A stretch of 64,000 bases of DNA from positions 168,367 through 232,366 of the forward strand of contig JBGAUQ010000002.1 in NCBI GenBank assembly GCA_044228525.1, read 5' to 3'. The translations under genes were made by a program, and so were the position numbers. Position 1 is the first letter of the stretch. Every line of letters begins with the position of its first letter. Source of the DNA: Candidatus Saccharimonadales bacterium (GTDB lineage Bacteria; Patescibacteriota; Saccharimonadia; Saccharimonadales; UBA4665). Shown here piece by piece: positions 53,696 to 63,210 of the stretch. Under the pieces are notes generated by a model that saw only the letters and a list, made by a program, of their open reading frames with translations, had not been told where the DNA came from and did no database searches.

Positions 53696-54208
53696 CTAAA
53701 GGTAAGTCTTTTGAGATGTTCCCTCTGATGTGGAGGAGCTATATTTAACGGTTACTGACCACGAACCACCGCTTGGCAGGCTAGGAGTTATTGGAGCGCA
53801 TTGAGTGTACGAGACATTACTAAAGCCAGCTGAAGTTCGAGTAACAGTGGTTGAGCCTTGGGTGAATGTCGCTGTGCATGTGCCGCCCTCTTCCAAAACG
53901 CCTGAAACGTAGGAACTTACATTATCAGTAGTTGCATTGGTTATAGTAACTGTAACCTGTTTCTTGCCGTTGTTTGTTGTGTTGGCGTCCTCTTGTTGGT
54001 CAACGATTTTTTGTTTGCTGTCTTCGGACTGCTGCTTTTCCTCTTCGGTCGGAGGAGCTAATTTTACGCCGGATGGTGTTTCAGGAACTGGATCAGGCTT
54101 TGTCGCATAATGATAGATGCCATAACCAATACCAATTGCTGCAATAACTGCGAGTGATATAAGAATAACTTTAGATTTCGATGACTTTTTGTTTGTTTTC
54201 TTAACCAT
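53696..54208 (-). CDS. membrane-anchored small protein, unknown function
   Basis: N-terminal TM (VILISLAVIAAIGIGYGIY), an acidic linker, then a T/S-rich ~90-aa beta-type domain with two Cys. Confidence 0.45.
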   Translation of the reverse strand: MVKKTNKKSSKSKVILISLAVIAAIGIGYGIYHYATKPDPVPETPSGVKLAPPTEEEKQQSEDSKQKIVDQQEDANTTNNGKKQVTVTITNATTDNVSSYVSGVLEEGGTCTATFTQGSTTVTRTSAGFSNVSYTQCAPITPSLPSGGSWSVTVKYSSSTSEGTSQKTYL

Positions 54209-54268
54209 GTTTGATTTTAACCATTAACAGATTAATATTAGCACACGATTATGGAAAAATCAAAAGCT

Positions 54269-56080
54269 CTATATCTTGAAAAGTACGTAGCGGCTGTCTT
54301 CGTAGACCTTTTTCTGGGCCGAAGCCTCAACATTGTTGTCTAGCGCAGGATTAGAAGTAGAAAGCTTTTTGTCAACGATGATGTACTTCAACCCGAGTGC
54401 TTTAAGCTTTGTTATGTCATCAGATTGAAAATCGACAAAGTCGATATACTGCTGGGCATATTGCTTTGGCTCGTAGCCGCTATAGCCATTAAAAATGTTG
54501 CGATTATGGTATCCAGCCCAAAGTGTGTCTTCTGCTCTCGCAACTGGTATTGGTGCACCAGGGTAGTCTTTATCAGATCTTAGGATGATAATATTGTCTA
54601 TATTTGGTTGCTTAACCACATAGGTATATACGCCTGGTATTTTGACACCTGTCGCATAAGCTGCAGTACTGATTCTGTATTGGTGCGGTGGCATAAGCTC
54701 AAAAAAGAATACGACAAACAAGACAGCCGTGGCCAAAATACGCTGTTTCTTTGTGAGTCTCTTGAGGAGAATTGCTGCTATCGCAAGAATGCACAGCATG
54801 GCCAGCAGCATGATTACGCTAGCTCGGCCAATCGCACGGATGAAAGATAGTTGAGGTAAAAATTTATCGACAAGTATATACGGCATTGGCAGCACAATAC
54901 TTTGGGTTATACCCGGTACGGTATAGGCGAAATCTTTACCTGCTTTAAGCAGTGGTCCAAGAGATGCAATAAAACCAATCAGTGCAATTCCGTACAATGT
55001 GAACAGTAATTTCACATCAGTTTTAGGAAATTGTTTTCTGCCGAATTTAGTAAGTAAGAAGACAAAAACCGCTCCGACCAATAGGTAAACGCTATAGCCG
55101 TGGAAGGAGGAGCTATCTGGGTTATAACCATTTACTTGCGAATGCGGCCTAATCTTGTAATAAGCTCTTCCTTCGAGTGTGTCGCTATAGGGGATGCCGT
55201 AGTCTTTAAGGCTAGACGAGAAGAGCGCTTGTTCGGCTATTTGGAAGCTTGCTTTGTTGGTTTTAGAGAAGCGAACGTACTCCTTGGCTAACGGAAGAGT
55301 CGCAACGATTGCTAAAATACATGCTAGTGCAAGTACGCCTATTCTTTTGGGGCTGAAAGCCTTCGATATAAGTAGCCCAAACAGCAAAGGGAATATGAAC
55401 ATTAACCCAAAAACCATCTGGTACCATGATGCGTAAAACAACAATACCATTGCAATAAAGCCGCCGATTAAGTAGCCTTTCTTTGCTTCTTTAGTTGATA
55501 GATATTTCAAAAATAGAAGTATGACTAAAGGAAGATAAAAAATACTTAAGTTTTGTAAATGTCCCATGGCGGTCATCTTGAGAGGCGCGAATTCAAAGAC
55601 TAGTGCCAATAATATTGAAATAGCTTCATTGTTTTTACTGAGAAATTTGGCCAGTAAGTACATAAAGATGCCGGACATGAGCACACTTGCTATTAACCAC
55701 ATGTTGTATGAAAAGATCGGATTGTGATTCATGAAGTAGAAAGGCAGCGTCAAGAAGCCAGCCGATAGCTGGGTTTCTGAGTAGAGCATGCTGTCTTTGT
55801 TAGGGAAATATATATTGCCGTCGCTATAGTTGGGGCAGGCCTGCTGGAGTATACAGTGCTGATCACGAGCTAGAGTCCAAGCATTAAACATTGAATCACC
55901 GCCATCACTATAGGATGTGGCGCGTATTAGTAAAGGTCCGAAAAATACCAAAGTAATGGCTGTGATTACAGCCAGCCCAATCCAGTTTTTCTTCAAAAAA
56001 GAGGCTGCTATGCTAACCAGCCCGCGCAGATAAATCACTAAGCTGTTGGCTCTTTGCTTTGATTTATTATTTGAAGACAT
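54269..56080 (-). CDS. polytopic membrane protein, probable GT-C-fold glycosyltransferase
   Basis: At least 10 hydrophobic spans in the first ~470 aa. The first loop is acidic (SYSDGGDSMFNAW) and a soluble C-terminal domain follows. It overlaps the GT2 gene by 14 nt. Confidence 0.5.
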   Translation of the reverse strand: MSSNNKSKQRANSLVIYLRGLVSIAASFLKKNWIGLAVITAITLVFFGPLLIRATSYSDGGDSMFNAWTLARDQHCILQQACPNYSDGNIYFPNKDSMLYSETQLSAGFLTLPFYFMNHNPIFSYNMWLIASVLMSGIFMYLLAKFLSKNNEAISILLALVFEFAPLKMTAMGHLQNLSIFYLPLVILLFLKYLSTKEAKKGYLIGGFIAMVLLFYASWYQMVFGLMFIFPLLFGLLISKAFSPKRIGVLALACILAIVATLPLAKEYVRFSKTNKASFQIAEQALFSSSLKDYGIPYSDTLEGRAYYKIRPHSQVNGYNPDSSSFHGYSVYLLVGAVFVFLLTKFGRKQFPKTDVKLLFTLYGIALIGFIASLGPLLKAGKDFAYTVPGITQSIVLPMPYILVDKFLPQLSFIRAIGRASVIMLLAMLCILAIAAILLKRLTKKQRILATAVLFVVFFFELMPPHQYRISTAAYATGVKIPGVYTYVVKQPNIDNIIILRSDKDYPGAPIPVARAEDTLWAGYHNRNIFNGYSGYEPKQYAQQYIDFVDFQSDDITKLKALGLKYIIVDKKLSTSNPALDNNVEASAQKKVYEDSRYVLFKI

Positions 56081-56783
56081 TAAACTTGATTATCTCCCAT
56101 ATTGCCTTAATGCCGTCTTTCATGCCAATTTTTTTGCCTTCTTCTTTGCTGCGGCCATAATAACTGATTCCGATTTCATATACGCGCGCTTTACTCTTGG
56201 CTACTCGCGCGGTAATCTCAGGCTCGAAACCAAATCGTTGAGCCTTAAGATCCTTGCCTAGCTCACGAACCAAATCACCCTGAAACATTTTGTAGCAGGT
56301 TTCCATATCGGTAAGGTTGAGGCCCGTGAAAATATTTGAAAGCATAGTCAGGAATTTATTGGCAACCTGATTGCGATAATAAATAATCCTGCGCGGTTCG
56401 CCTCCTATGAATCTTGAGCCGTAGACTACGTCTGCATGTCCACGCTCAATAGGATATAAAAGACGGGTATACTCTTGCGGATCATACTCGAGGTCAGCAT
56501 CTTGTATGACAACTACATCTCCTGTTGATTCTAGAATGCCCCTCTTTAAGGCCGCGCCCTTTCCCTGATTTTCTGCTTGGAAGATAAGCTTCAAGCTCTT
56601 GTTGTTGCTTGCGAGTTTCTTTACGATTTCTCTAGTGCCATCCTTAGAACCGTCATCAATGATAATAATTTCTTTTTTGGTTGCACCTAAGTCAACGTCC
56701 ATGATTTCATCAAGGATTTTTTCAATTGTAGCCTTCTCGTTGTAGCAAGGCACAATAATAGAAAGTTTCTCAGTTTTGGGCAT
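56067..56783 (-). CDS. GT2 polyprenyl-phosphate glycosyltransferase (DPM1/ArnC/GtrB-like)
   Basis: 'LSIIVPCYNE', 'IIIIDDGSKDGT' and 'VVIQDADLEYDP'. Confidence 0.8.
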   Translation of the reverse strand: MPKTEKLSIIVPCYNEKATIEKILDEIMDVDLGATKKEIIIIDDGSKDGTREIVKKLASNNKSLKLIFQAENQGKGAALKRGILESTGDVVVIQDADLEYDPQEYTRLLYPIERGHADVVYGSRFIGGEPRRIIYYRNQVANKFLTMLSNIFTGLNLTDMETCYKMFQGDLVRELGKDLKAQRFGFEPEITARVAKSKARVYEIGISYYGRSKEEGKKIGMKDGIKAIWEIIKFNVFK

Positions 56784-56829
56784 ATTTCCTCAGAGGTTAC
56801 TGCTTAGAATATGCTAACATATCTAGAAC

Positions 56830-57279
56830 ATGGTTGCATACACGAAGGCCAGGTTCCGCCACCTGATTAGGATTGATTTTGTTCGTTTTTGTATTGTTGG
56901 TGGGTTGGGGTTTGTTATCAACTTCGCAATACTGACACTAATGAATAAAGTCCTGGGTTTGCCAATATTTATCTCGCAGCTTATCGGCGCAGAAATTGCG
57001 CTGTTTAGTAACTTTATGTTACATCACCACTGGACCTATATAGATCATAATGTCCAGAAGTCTATTCCCAAGCTTTTGGTACAATTTCATGCGAGTACTT
57101 GGCCAGCTATTTTAGGAAGTGCTGTCATGGTTACTGCGGCTGAAAGATATCTGCATTTCAGTAACCTTTTAGCGCTTATGACGAGTTCGGCCATTGCACT
57201 TTTCTGGAATTTCGGATGGTCAAAATATGTAATTTGGCGTAAAGTAACGCGAGCAGAAATTGAAAGGATTGCAGAGTGA
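56830..57279 (+). CDS. GtrA-family small membrane protein
   Basis: 149 aa with four hydrophobic spans. 'FVRFCIVGGLGFVINFAIL' is the typical GtrA N-terminus. Confidence 0.75.
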   Translation: MVAYTKARFRHLIRIDFVRFCIVGGLGFVINFAILTLMNKVLGLPIFISQLIGAEIALFSNFMLHHHWTYIDHNVQKSIPKLLVQFHASTWPAILGSAVMVTAAERYLHFSNLLALMTSSAIALFWNFGWSKYVIWRKVTRAEIERIAE

Positions 57280-58604
57280 AAATTGCAGTAGTTGGTACAG
57301 GGTATGTTGGTTTAGTGACAGGAACGTGCTTTGCCGAGGCGGGTAATGATGTCGCTTGCGTTGATGTAGACGAAGCCAAAGTTAAGCGAATGCAGTCGGG
57401 CGAAGTGCCGATCTATGAGCCAGGTCTTGAGGAGCTATTTGCTAACAACGCCAAAGCCGGTCGGCTTACTTTTGGCACAAGTCTGGCCGAGGGGATCAAA
57501 GATGCCAAAGTTATCTTTCTCGCACTTCCAACCCCTCCGGGCGAGGACGGCTCGGCAGATTTATCTTACATTCTGGGGGTCGCCGACGATCTAGGAGGGC
57601 TGCTGTCAGAATACGCAGTGATCGTTGATAAGAGCACCGTGCCGGTTGGTACGGCTGACAAAGTTATTGAGCGCATCGCCAAAAACGCCAAGGTCGAATT
57701 TGATGTCGTGTCTAACCCTGAGTTTTTGCGCGAAGGTCATGCTGTCGAGGATTTCCAAAAACCCGACCGTGTCGTGATCGGCGCTTCTTCGTCTAAGGCG
57801 CAAGAAGTCATCACCGAACTCTATGAGCCATTTGTGACTAAAGAAAACCCAGTGCTATTTATGGACGAGCGTTCTGCTGAGATGACAAAGTACGCCGCCA
57901 ACTCATTCTTAGCTACAAAAATCTCGTTTATGAACCAGATGGCAAACTTGGCTGAAATACTCGGTGCAGATATTGATAGCGTGCGACTTGGCGTGGGTTC
58001 TGACCCCCGCATTGGCAAACAGTTCTTGTACTCAGGCATCGGCTATGGCGGGAGCTGTTTTCCTAAAGATGTCATGGCCATTCAGCAGACTGCTCACCAA
58101 AATAACTATGACCTCAAGATATTACATGCTGTTTCGGAAGTAAATGAAGCGCAAAAGTTGCGATTAGTCGAGAAAGTCTCCGACTATTACAAATCAGATC
58201 TAAGCGGCAAGACTTTCGCTCTGTGGGGCTTAGCTTTCAAGCCTGATACAGACGACATCCGCGAAGCACCGGCGCTTGAAATCATCAAAGGCTTGCTGAG
58301 TAAAGGCGCGAACGTAGTGGCATATGACCCAGAAGCTGCTGACAACGTTAAGAAATTCTATCCGGATCTAAAAATAACTTTTGCGGGAGATATGTACGCT
58401 GCACTCGAAGGAGCTGATGCATTGCTGGTAGCAACCGAATGGAAGCAATTCCGTGAGGCCGATCTAGGCAAGATAAAGTCAGCGCTCAAGACGCCAGTTG
58501 TATTTGATGGCCGTAATATTTATACTCCCGAAGAGATGAAGAAACTCGGATTTTACTATGCCAGTATTGGCCGTCCAACCGTAAATGGTAATCAAAATGG
58601 CTAA
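57276..58604 (+). CDS. ugd: UDP-glucose 6-dehydrogenase
   Basis: '[20 protein letters not shown]', catalytic '[10 protein letters not shown]' and '[15 protein letters not shown]'. Confidence 0.9.
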   Translation: MKIAVVGTGYVGLVTGTCFAEAGNDVACVDVDEAKVKRMQSGEVPIYEPGLEELFANNAKAGRLTFGTSLAEGIKDAKVIFLALPTPPGEDGSADLSYILGVADDLGGLLSEYAVIVDKSTVPVGTADKVIERIAKNAKVEFDVVSNPEFLREGHAVEDFQKPDRVVIGASSSKAQEVITELYEPFVTKENPVLFMDERSAEMTKYAANSFLATKISFMNQMANLAEILGADIDSVRLGVGSDPRIGKQFLYSGIGYGGSCFPKDVMAIQQTAHQNNYDLKILHAVSEVNEAQKLRLVEKVSDYYKSDLSGKTFALWGLAFKPDTDDIREAPALEIIKGLLSKGANVVAYDPEAADNVKKFYPDLKITFAGDMYAALEGADALLVATEWKQFREADLGKIKSALKTPVVFDGRNIYTPEEMKKLGFYYASIGRPTVNGNQNG

Positions 58605-59550
58605 AACCATACTTGTTACTGGCGGCGCTGGGTTCATTGGGTCGCATCTTTGCGAAAGGCTGTTAAGTGAAGGCAATAAAGTCATCTGCCTCGACAATTT
58701 CTTTACGGGTACCCGTGAGAATATCCAAAAATTAACGGCCAACCCTGATTTTGAAGTTATCGAGCACGATGTTACTGAACCGATTGATCTAAAAGTAGAT
58801 GAAATTTACAACTTGGCGTGTCCGGCATCACCGCCACACTATCAATACGATCCGATCAAGACGACCAAGACTAGCGTACTCGGCGCTATTAACATGCTGG
58901 AGCTAGCCAAGAAGCTTAATATAAAGATCTTGCAGGCCTCAACTAGTGAAGTTTATGGTGATCCTGACGTCCACCCTCAACCGGAAAGCTATTGGGGAAG
59001 GGTTAATCCAATTGGAATTCGTTCTTGCTATGACGAGGGGAAGCGCGTGGCCGAGACATTATTTTTTGATTACAATCGACAGGCTAAACTCGATATCAGA
59101 GTGGTGCGTATTTTTAATACGTATGGTCCAAATATGGATCCGAACGATGGACGCGTGGTTTCTAACTTCATTGTCCAGGCTCTGAAAGACGAAGACATCA
59201 CGATTTACGGTGATGGCTCACAAACTCGCAGCTTTCAATATGTCGATGATTTAGTCGAAGCAATGGTGCGGATGATGAATAATGACAAAGCTTTCCTCGG
59301 CCCCGTTAACACCGGTAATCCTAACGAATTCACCATCAAACAGCTAGCCGAAAAAGTGCTTGAAATGATTCCTGGCAGCAAGAGCCAAATTGTATATAAA
59401 GATTTGCCGCAGGATGATCCTAAACAGCGTCAGCCTGACATTTCTCTTGCCAAAGACAAGTTAGGCTGGGAGCCGACAATCGAGCTTCAAGACGGTCTGA
59501 CAAAGACAATTGCATATTTTAGAGAAATTGTCGCTGCGACTGCCAAATAA
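58597..59550 (+). CDS. UDP-glucuronate decarboxylase (UDP-xylose synthase-type SDR)
   Basis: '[18 protein letters not shown]', '[12 protein letters not shown]', '[10 protein letters not shown]' and 'RIFNTYGP'. I prefer the ATG at 58597 (MAKTILV). The listed ORF starts at 58585. Confidence 0.85.
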   Translation: MAKTILVTGGAGFIGSHLCERLLSEGNKVICLDNFFTGTRENIQKLTANPDFEVIEHDVTEPIDLKVDEIYNLACPASPPHYQYDPIKTTKTSVLGAINMLELAKKLNIKILQASTSEVYGDPDVHPQPESYWGRVNPIGIRSCYDEGKRVAETLFFDYNRQAKLDIRVVRIFNTYGPNMDPNDGRVVSNFIVQALKDEDITIYGDGSQTRSFQYVDDLVEAMVRMMNNDKAFLGPVNTGNPNEFTIKQLAEKVLEMIPGSKSQIVYKDLPQDDPKQRQPDISLAKDKLGWEPTIELQDGLTKTIAYFREIVAATAK

Positions 59551-59565
59551 TATATACTTGTACGG

Positions 59566-60603
59566 ATGATAGTTGTAATAATCGCAGGCGGTTCGGGGAC
59601 GCGCCTTTGGCCATTGTCGACCCCCGACTACCCCAAACACCTTCTAAAGATTAATGGTGATGACCGCTCGCTTCTGCAGCACACCTATGACCGCGCTAAA
59701 CAGCTAACCGACAAAATCTATGTGGTTTCTGATAAAAGTCACATTGAGCATGTCCGTGAGCAGCTGTCTGAGTTGCCTCAGGAAGCCTTTATAGTCGAGC
59801 CAGCTCGACGCGGCACCGCCAACTGCATCATGGCGGCACTGGCGACCATTAGCAAGCTCCATGACCCCGATGAGCCGATGGCTTCAATCGCGGCTGATCA
59901 TTACGTGCGTGATACAGCCGGCTTTACGCACAGTTTTGAAACAGCCAATAAAGTTTCGGTATCCGAGAAACGCATCGTCTTGGTTGGAGTCGAACCAGAC
60001 CACCCAGCAACCGGGCTTGGCTATATTCAGAAGGGTGACTTATTGAATGAAGAAAAATTCGTGTATAACGTCCACTCTTTTACGGAGAAGCCAGAATTTG
60101 AGTTAGCCAAACAATACGTCGAAAGCGGGAATTACCTCTGGAACTGCAGTTATTTTGTCGGCTCAGTCAATACGTTTAAAGACAAGATGCAGAAATACGC
60201 GCCCGACTTGCTAGCAAATTACGAGAAGCTTGTTAACGCCACGCCCGAAACTTTCGAAGATGCTTATTTAAGCCTAGAAAATGACGCCATAGATTACGCT
60301 CTAATCGAAAAAGTTGAAGACCTGCTAGTTGTGCCAGCTTCGTTTGACTGGATGGATTTGGGCTCATTCGGCGATCTACATAAAGCTATCGGCAGCGACG
60401 AACAAGGCAATCACGTCAGTGGCAATACTGAAATAGAAGAAGTTCAAAATTCCTACATTCATAATGAAGAAAGCAAGCCCGTCGCGGTCATCGGCCTAGA
60501 CAATGTGGCAGTTATTAACACCCCGCAAGGATTATTGGTAACTCGCAAAGACCTGTCGCAAAAAGTTGGCGAAGTCAGTAAGCGCATTGGAGGCAAATCG
60601 TGA
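59566..60603 (+). CDS. manC: mannose-1-phosphate guanylyltransferase (short form, no PMI domain)
   Basis: 'VIIAGGSGTRLWPLS' and 'EKPE...A..Y..SGNYLWN'. Confidence 0.8.
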   Translation: MIVVIIAGGSGTRLWPLSTPDYPKHLLKINGDDRSLLQHTYDRAKQLTDKIYVVSDKSHIEHVREQLSELPQEAFIVEPARRGTANCIMAALATISKLHDPDEPMASIAADHYVRDTAGFTHSFETANKVSVSEKRIVLVGVEPDHPATGLGYIQKGDLLNEEKFVYNVHSFTEKPEFELAKQYVESGNYLWNCSYFVGSVNTFKDKMQKYAPDLLANYEKLVNATPETFEDAYLSLENDAIDYALIEKVEDLLVVPASFDWMDLGSFGDLHKAIGSDEQGNHVSGNTEIEEVQNSYIHNEESKPVAVIGLDNVAVINTPQGLLVTRKDLSQKVGEVSKRIGGKS

Positions 60604-61373
60604 AGAAAGTTATAGCTTTTGACCTTGACGGTACGCTGGCTGACAGCAAATCGCCGGCCGATGACCGCATGACAAGTCTGCTCAACCAGCTGTTAGAGAA
60701 ATTTCATGTCTGTGTAATTTCAGGCGGTAAGTTTGAGCAATTCGAAAAACAACTACTCAGCAACCTAAAGGCTGATCCTGATAAACTCGAAAAACTTCAT
60801 CTTATGCCGACATGCGGTACGCGATATTACGCCTATGACATGACAAAACCCGGCTGGCATAAGGTTTATGCCGAGAACTTTACCGAAGCACAAAAAGACA
60901 AGATTATTAAAGCGCTCAACAAGGGCTTCGATGATTTGGGTTACCGTGAAAAAAAGACTTACGGGGAGACGATCGAAGATCGTGGCAGCCAAGTTACTTT
61001 TTCGGTTCTTGGGCAGGACATCGTCGACGTACTGGGCAAAGAAGGCGTTCGCATCAAAGAAGAATGGGACCCAGACAACAAGAAAAAACTTGAATTGCGC
61101 GACTACATTTCTCCGTTAATACCAGAATTCGAGGTTCGCGTCGGCGGAGTTACATCAATCGATGTGACTAAGCTCGGCATCGATAAAGCCTATGGCATGA
61201 AAAAACTTTGTGAAATTCTAGAAATTGATAAAGACGAAATTTTGTTTATTGGTGATCGACTGCAGGAAGGCGGCAATGATTATCCGGTTAAAGCTATGGG
61301 TATCGATAGTCTAGAAATTTCACGCTGGCAAGAAACGGCTGTTGCCGTTGAAACCATCATCCACGTAGTCTAA
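60600..61373 (+). CDS. HAD-IIB phosphatase-fold protein with eukaryote-type phosphomannomutase (PMM) layout
   Basis: 'AFDLDGTLA', 'VCVISGGKFEQFEKQL', 'GSQVTFSVLGQD', 'VGGVTSIDVT' and 'ILFIGDRLQEGGNDYP' align segment by segment with the PMM1/2 pattern. The GTGA start overlaps the manC stop. Confidence 0.6.
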   Translation: MKKVIAFDLDGTLADSKSPADDRMTSLLNQLLEKFHVCVISGGKFEQFEKQLLSNLKADPDKLEKLHLMPTCGTRYYAYDMTKPGWHKVYAENFTEAQKDKIIKALNKGFDDLGYREKKTYGETIEDRGSQVTFSVLGQDIVDVLGKEGVRIKEEWDPDNKKKLELRDYISPLIPEFEVRVGGVTSIDVTKLGIDKAYGMKKLCEILEIDKDEILFIGDRLQEGGNDYPVKAMGIDSLEISRWQETAVAVETIIHVV

Positions 61374-63203
61374 TTATTCTACGGTAACGGATTTGGCGAG
61401 GTTGCGTGGGCGGTCGACGTCGAGGCCTTTGGCCATGGCGATGTAGTAAGCGAATAGCTGAGTTGCGACCGCGTGAAGAACTGGCTGGAGCTCATCCATG
61501 ACCTTCGGCAGATAGATTACATCGTTAGCTAACTCGTGGATGTTTTCATTGCCCTCGGTTGCCAGGACGACTACGTGACCTTCACGGGCACGAATTTCCT
61601 GAATGTTGGAATATGTTTTTTCTAGGAGCGGCGAATCGGTCGCAATTGCGAAAGTCGGGAAATTCTCGTCAATCATAGCCAACGGTCCATGTTTCATTTC
61701 TCCGGCGGCGTAGCCCTCGGCGTGTATGTAGGAAATTTCTTTTAGCTTTAAGGCTCCTTCGAGCGCTGAAGGGAAGGCGTTATGGCGGCCGATAAACAGA
61801 AAGTCGCGGTGATGAGCGTATTTTTCGGCGATAGCTTTGATGGTTTCGGCTTGATCGAGCACGCGCTTGGCCTTTTCGGGCAGTTCATTGAGCTCCTTAA
61901 GCATTGGATCAAACAAATCGGTCTTGCCATCGCTTAAGTGGAGGGCAACTTCCGCCAGAATCGTGACTTGAGCGATAAATGCCTTGGTGCTGGCGACTGC
62001 TTTCTCTGGACCTGCATGGCAATACACACCAGCGTCTGTCATGCGAGCGATCGTGCTGCCGACAGCATTGACGATGCCCAGGCGCAACACGCCGTAATCC
62101 TCTACCTTTTTTAGTGCGGCGATGGTGTCGGCAGTTTCGCCAGACTGTGAAATGGCCAGCATTAGTGTACTGCGCGAAAAAGGCTCGTCTCGGTACTTAA
62201 ATTCGCTAGCTAAGTGGACTTCAACTGGGATGCCAGCAAGCTCCTCGATTAAGTATTCGCCAACCATGCCAGCATAGTAAGAAGTCCCGCAAGCGACTAC
62301 CACGATCCTATCAATGTGCTTCAATTGCCGTAAAACGCCTTCAAGGCCGCCAAGTTTAACCACGCCTTTTTCGATATCTGCGCGACCTAAGGTAGCTGAC
62401 TTAATGGTAGCCGGTGCCTCAAAGATCTCCTTGAGCATAAAGTTTGGATAATCACCAAGTAGGGCTTTTTCATTTTCGAAATCTAGTAATTCTTCTTTTG
62501 GTTCAACCGCTTGACCTTCTTTAAGGTTGTGGACGTTAACACCGTCGCGGGTAATAACAGCAACGTCGTAATCTTCGAGATAAATGACTTTTTTGGTGTG
62601 CTCCATGATGGCTGACGGGTCTGAGGCTAGATAATTTTCGCCTTCACCAACTCCAATCACCAGTGGACTAGAAAGGCGAGCGGCATACAAGGTATCGGGG
62701 TCTTTGGTAGAACTAGCCACGATCGAGTAAGCGCCACGCACGTCGTTTAAGGCGGCCTTAAAGGCATCTTCAAACGAAGGCAGTTGCTTCAAATAGTAGT
62801 CGATAAGGTTAGGTACTACTTCAGTGTCGGTTTCTGACTCAAAGTGATAACCTTCCCCTTGTAAGCGGTCACGAATTTCACCAAAGTTTTCGATAATGCC
62901 ATTGTGGACGACAAATATCGAGTGGTCGTTGTTGGTTTGCGGATGAGCGTTTTGGACGGTGACGCCGCCGTGAGTAGCCCAGCGGGTATGGCCGATCACC
63001 AGTTCGGCATTTAAATGTTCCTGTCCGGATAATTCTTGGATGAGGCCGCTAACACGCCCAACCTGCTTAAAAACCTGACCGTTGTCATGGTCGATCAAGG
63101 CAATTCCAGCCGAGTCGTAGCCGCGGTATTCTAGAGCTTCAAGACCCTTTATTACGATGTCTTTGCCTGGTTTATTGCCTATATAGCCGACGATTCCGCA
63201 CAT
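61374..63203 (-). CDS. glmS: glutamine--fructose-6-phosphate aminotransferase
   Basis: 'MCGIVGYIG', two SIS domains and the C-terminal 'DRPRNLAKSVTVE'. Confidence 0.95.
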   Translation of the reverse strand: MCGIVGYIGNKPGKDIVIKGLEALEYRGYDSAGIALIDHDNGQVFKQVGRVSGLIQELSGQEHLNAELVIGHTRWATHGGVTVQNAHPQTNNDHSIFVVHNGIIENFGEIRDRLQGEGYHFESETDTEVVPNLIDYYLKQLPSFEDAFKAALNDVRGAYSIVASSTKDPDTLYAARLSSPLVIGVGEGENYLASDPSAIMEHTKKVIYLEDYDVAVITRDGVNVHNLKEGQAVEPKEELLDFENEKALLGDYPNFMLKEIFEAPATIKSATLGRADIEKGVVKLGGLEGVLRQLKHIDRIVVVACGTSYYAGMVGEYLIEELAGIPVEVHLASEFKYRDEPFSRSTLMLAISQSGETADTIAALKKVEDYGVLRLGIVNAVGSTIARMTDAGVYCHAGPEKAVASTKAFIAQVTILAEVALHLSDGKTDLFDPMLKELNELPEKAKRVLDQAETIKAIAEKYAHHRDFLFIGRHNAFPSALEGALKLKEISYIHAEGYAAGEMKHGPLAMIDENFPTFAIATDSPLLEKTYSNIQEIRAREGHVVVLATEGNENIHELANDVIYLPKVMDELQPVLHAVATQLFAYYIAMAKGLDVDRPRNLAKSVTVE

Positions 63204-63210
63204 GTTTTAT

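Noticed and set aside
57277-60603. Possibility of an alternative genetic code (UGA recoding, as in some CPR lineages)
   Set aside because: TGA terminates well-conserved genes at the expected length, namely gtrA at 57277-57279 and manC at 60601-60603. All conserved proteins are full length under the standard code.
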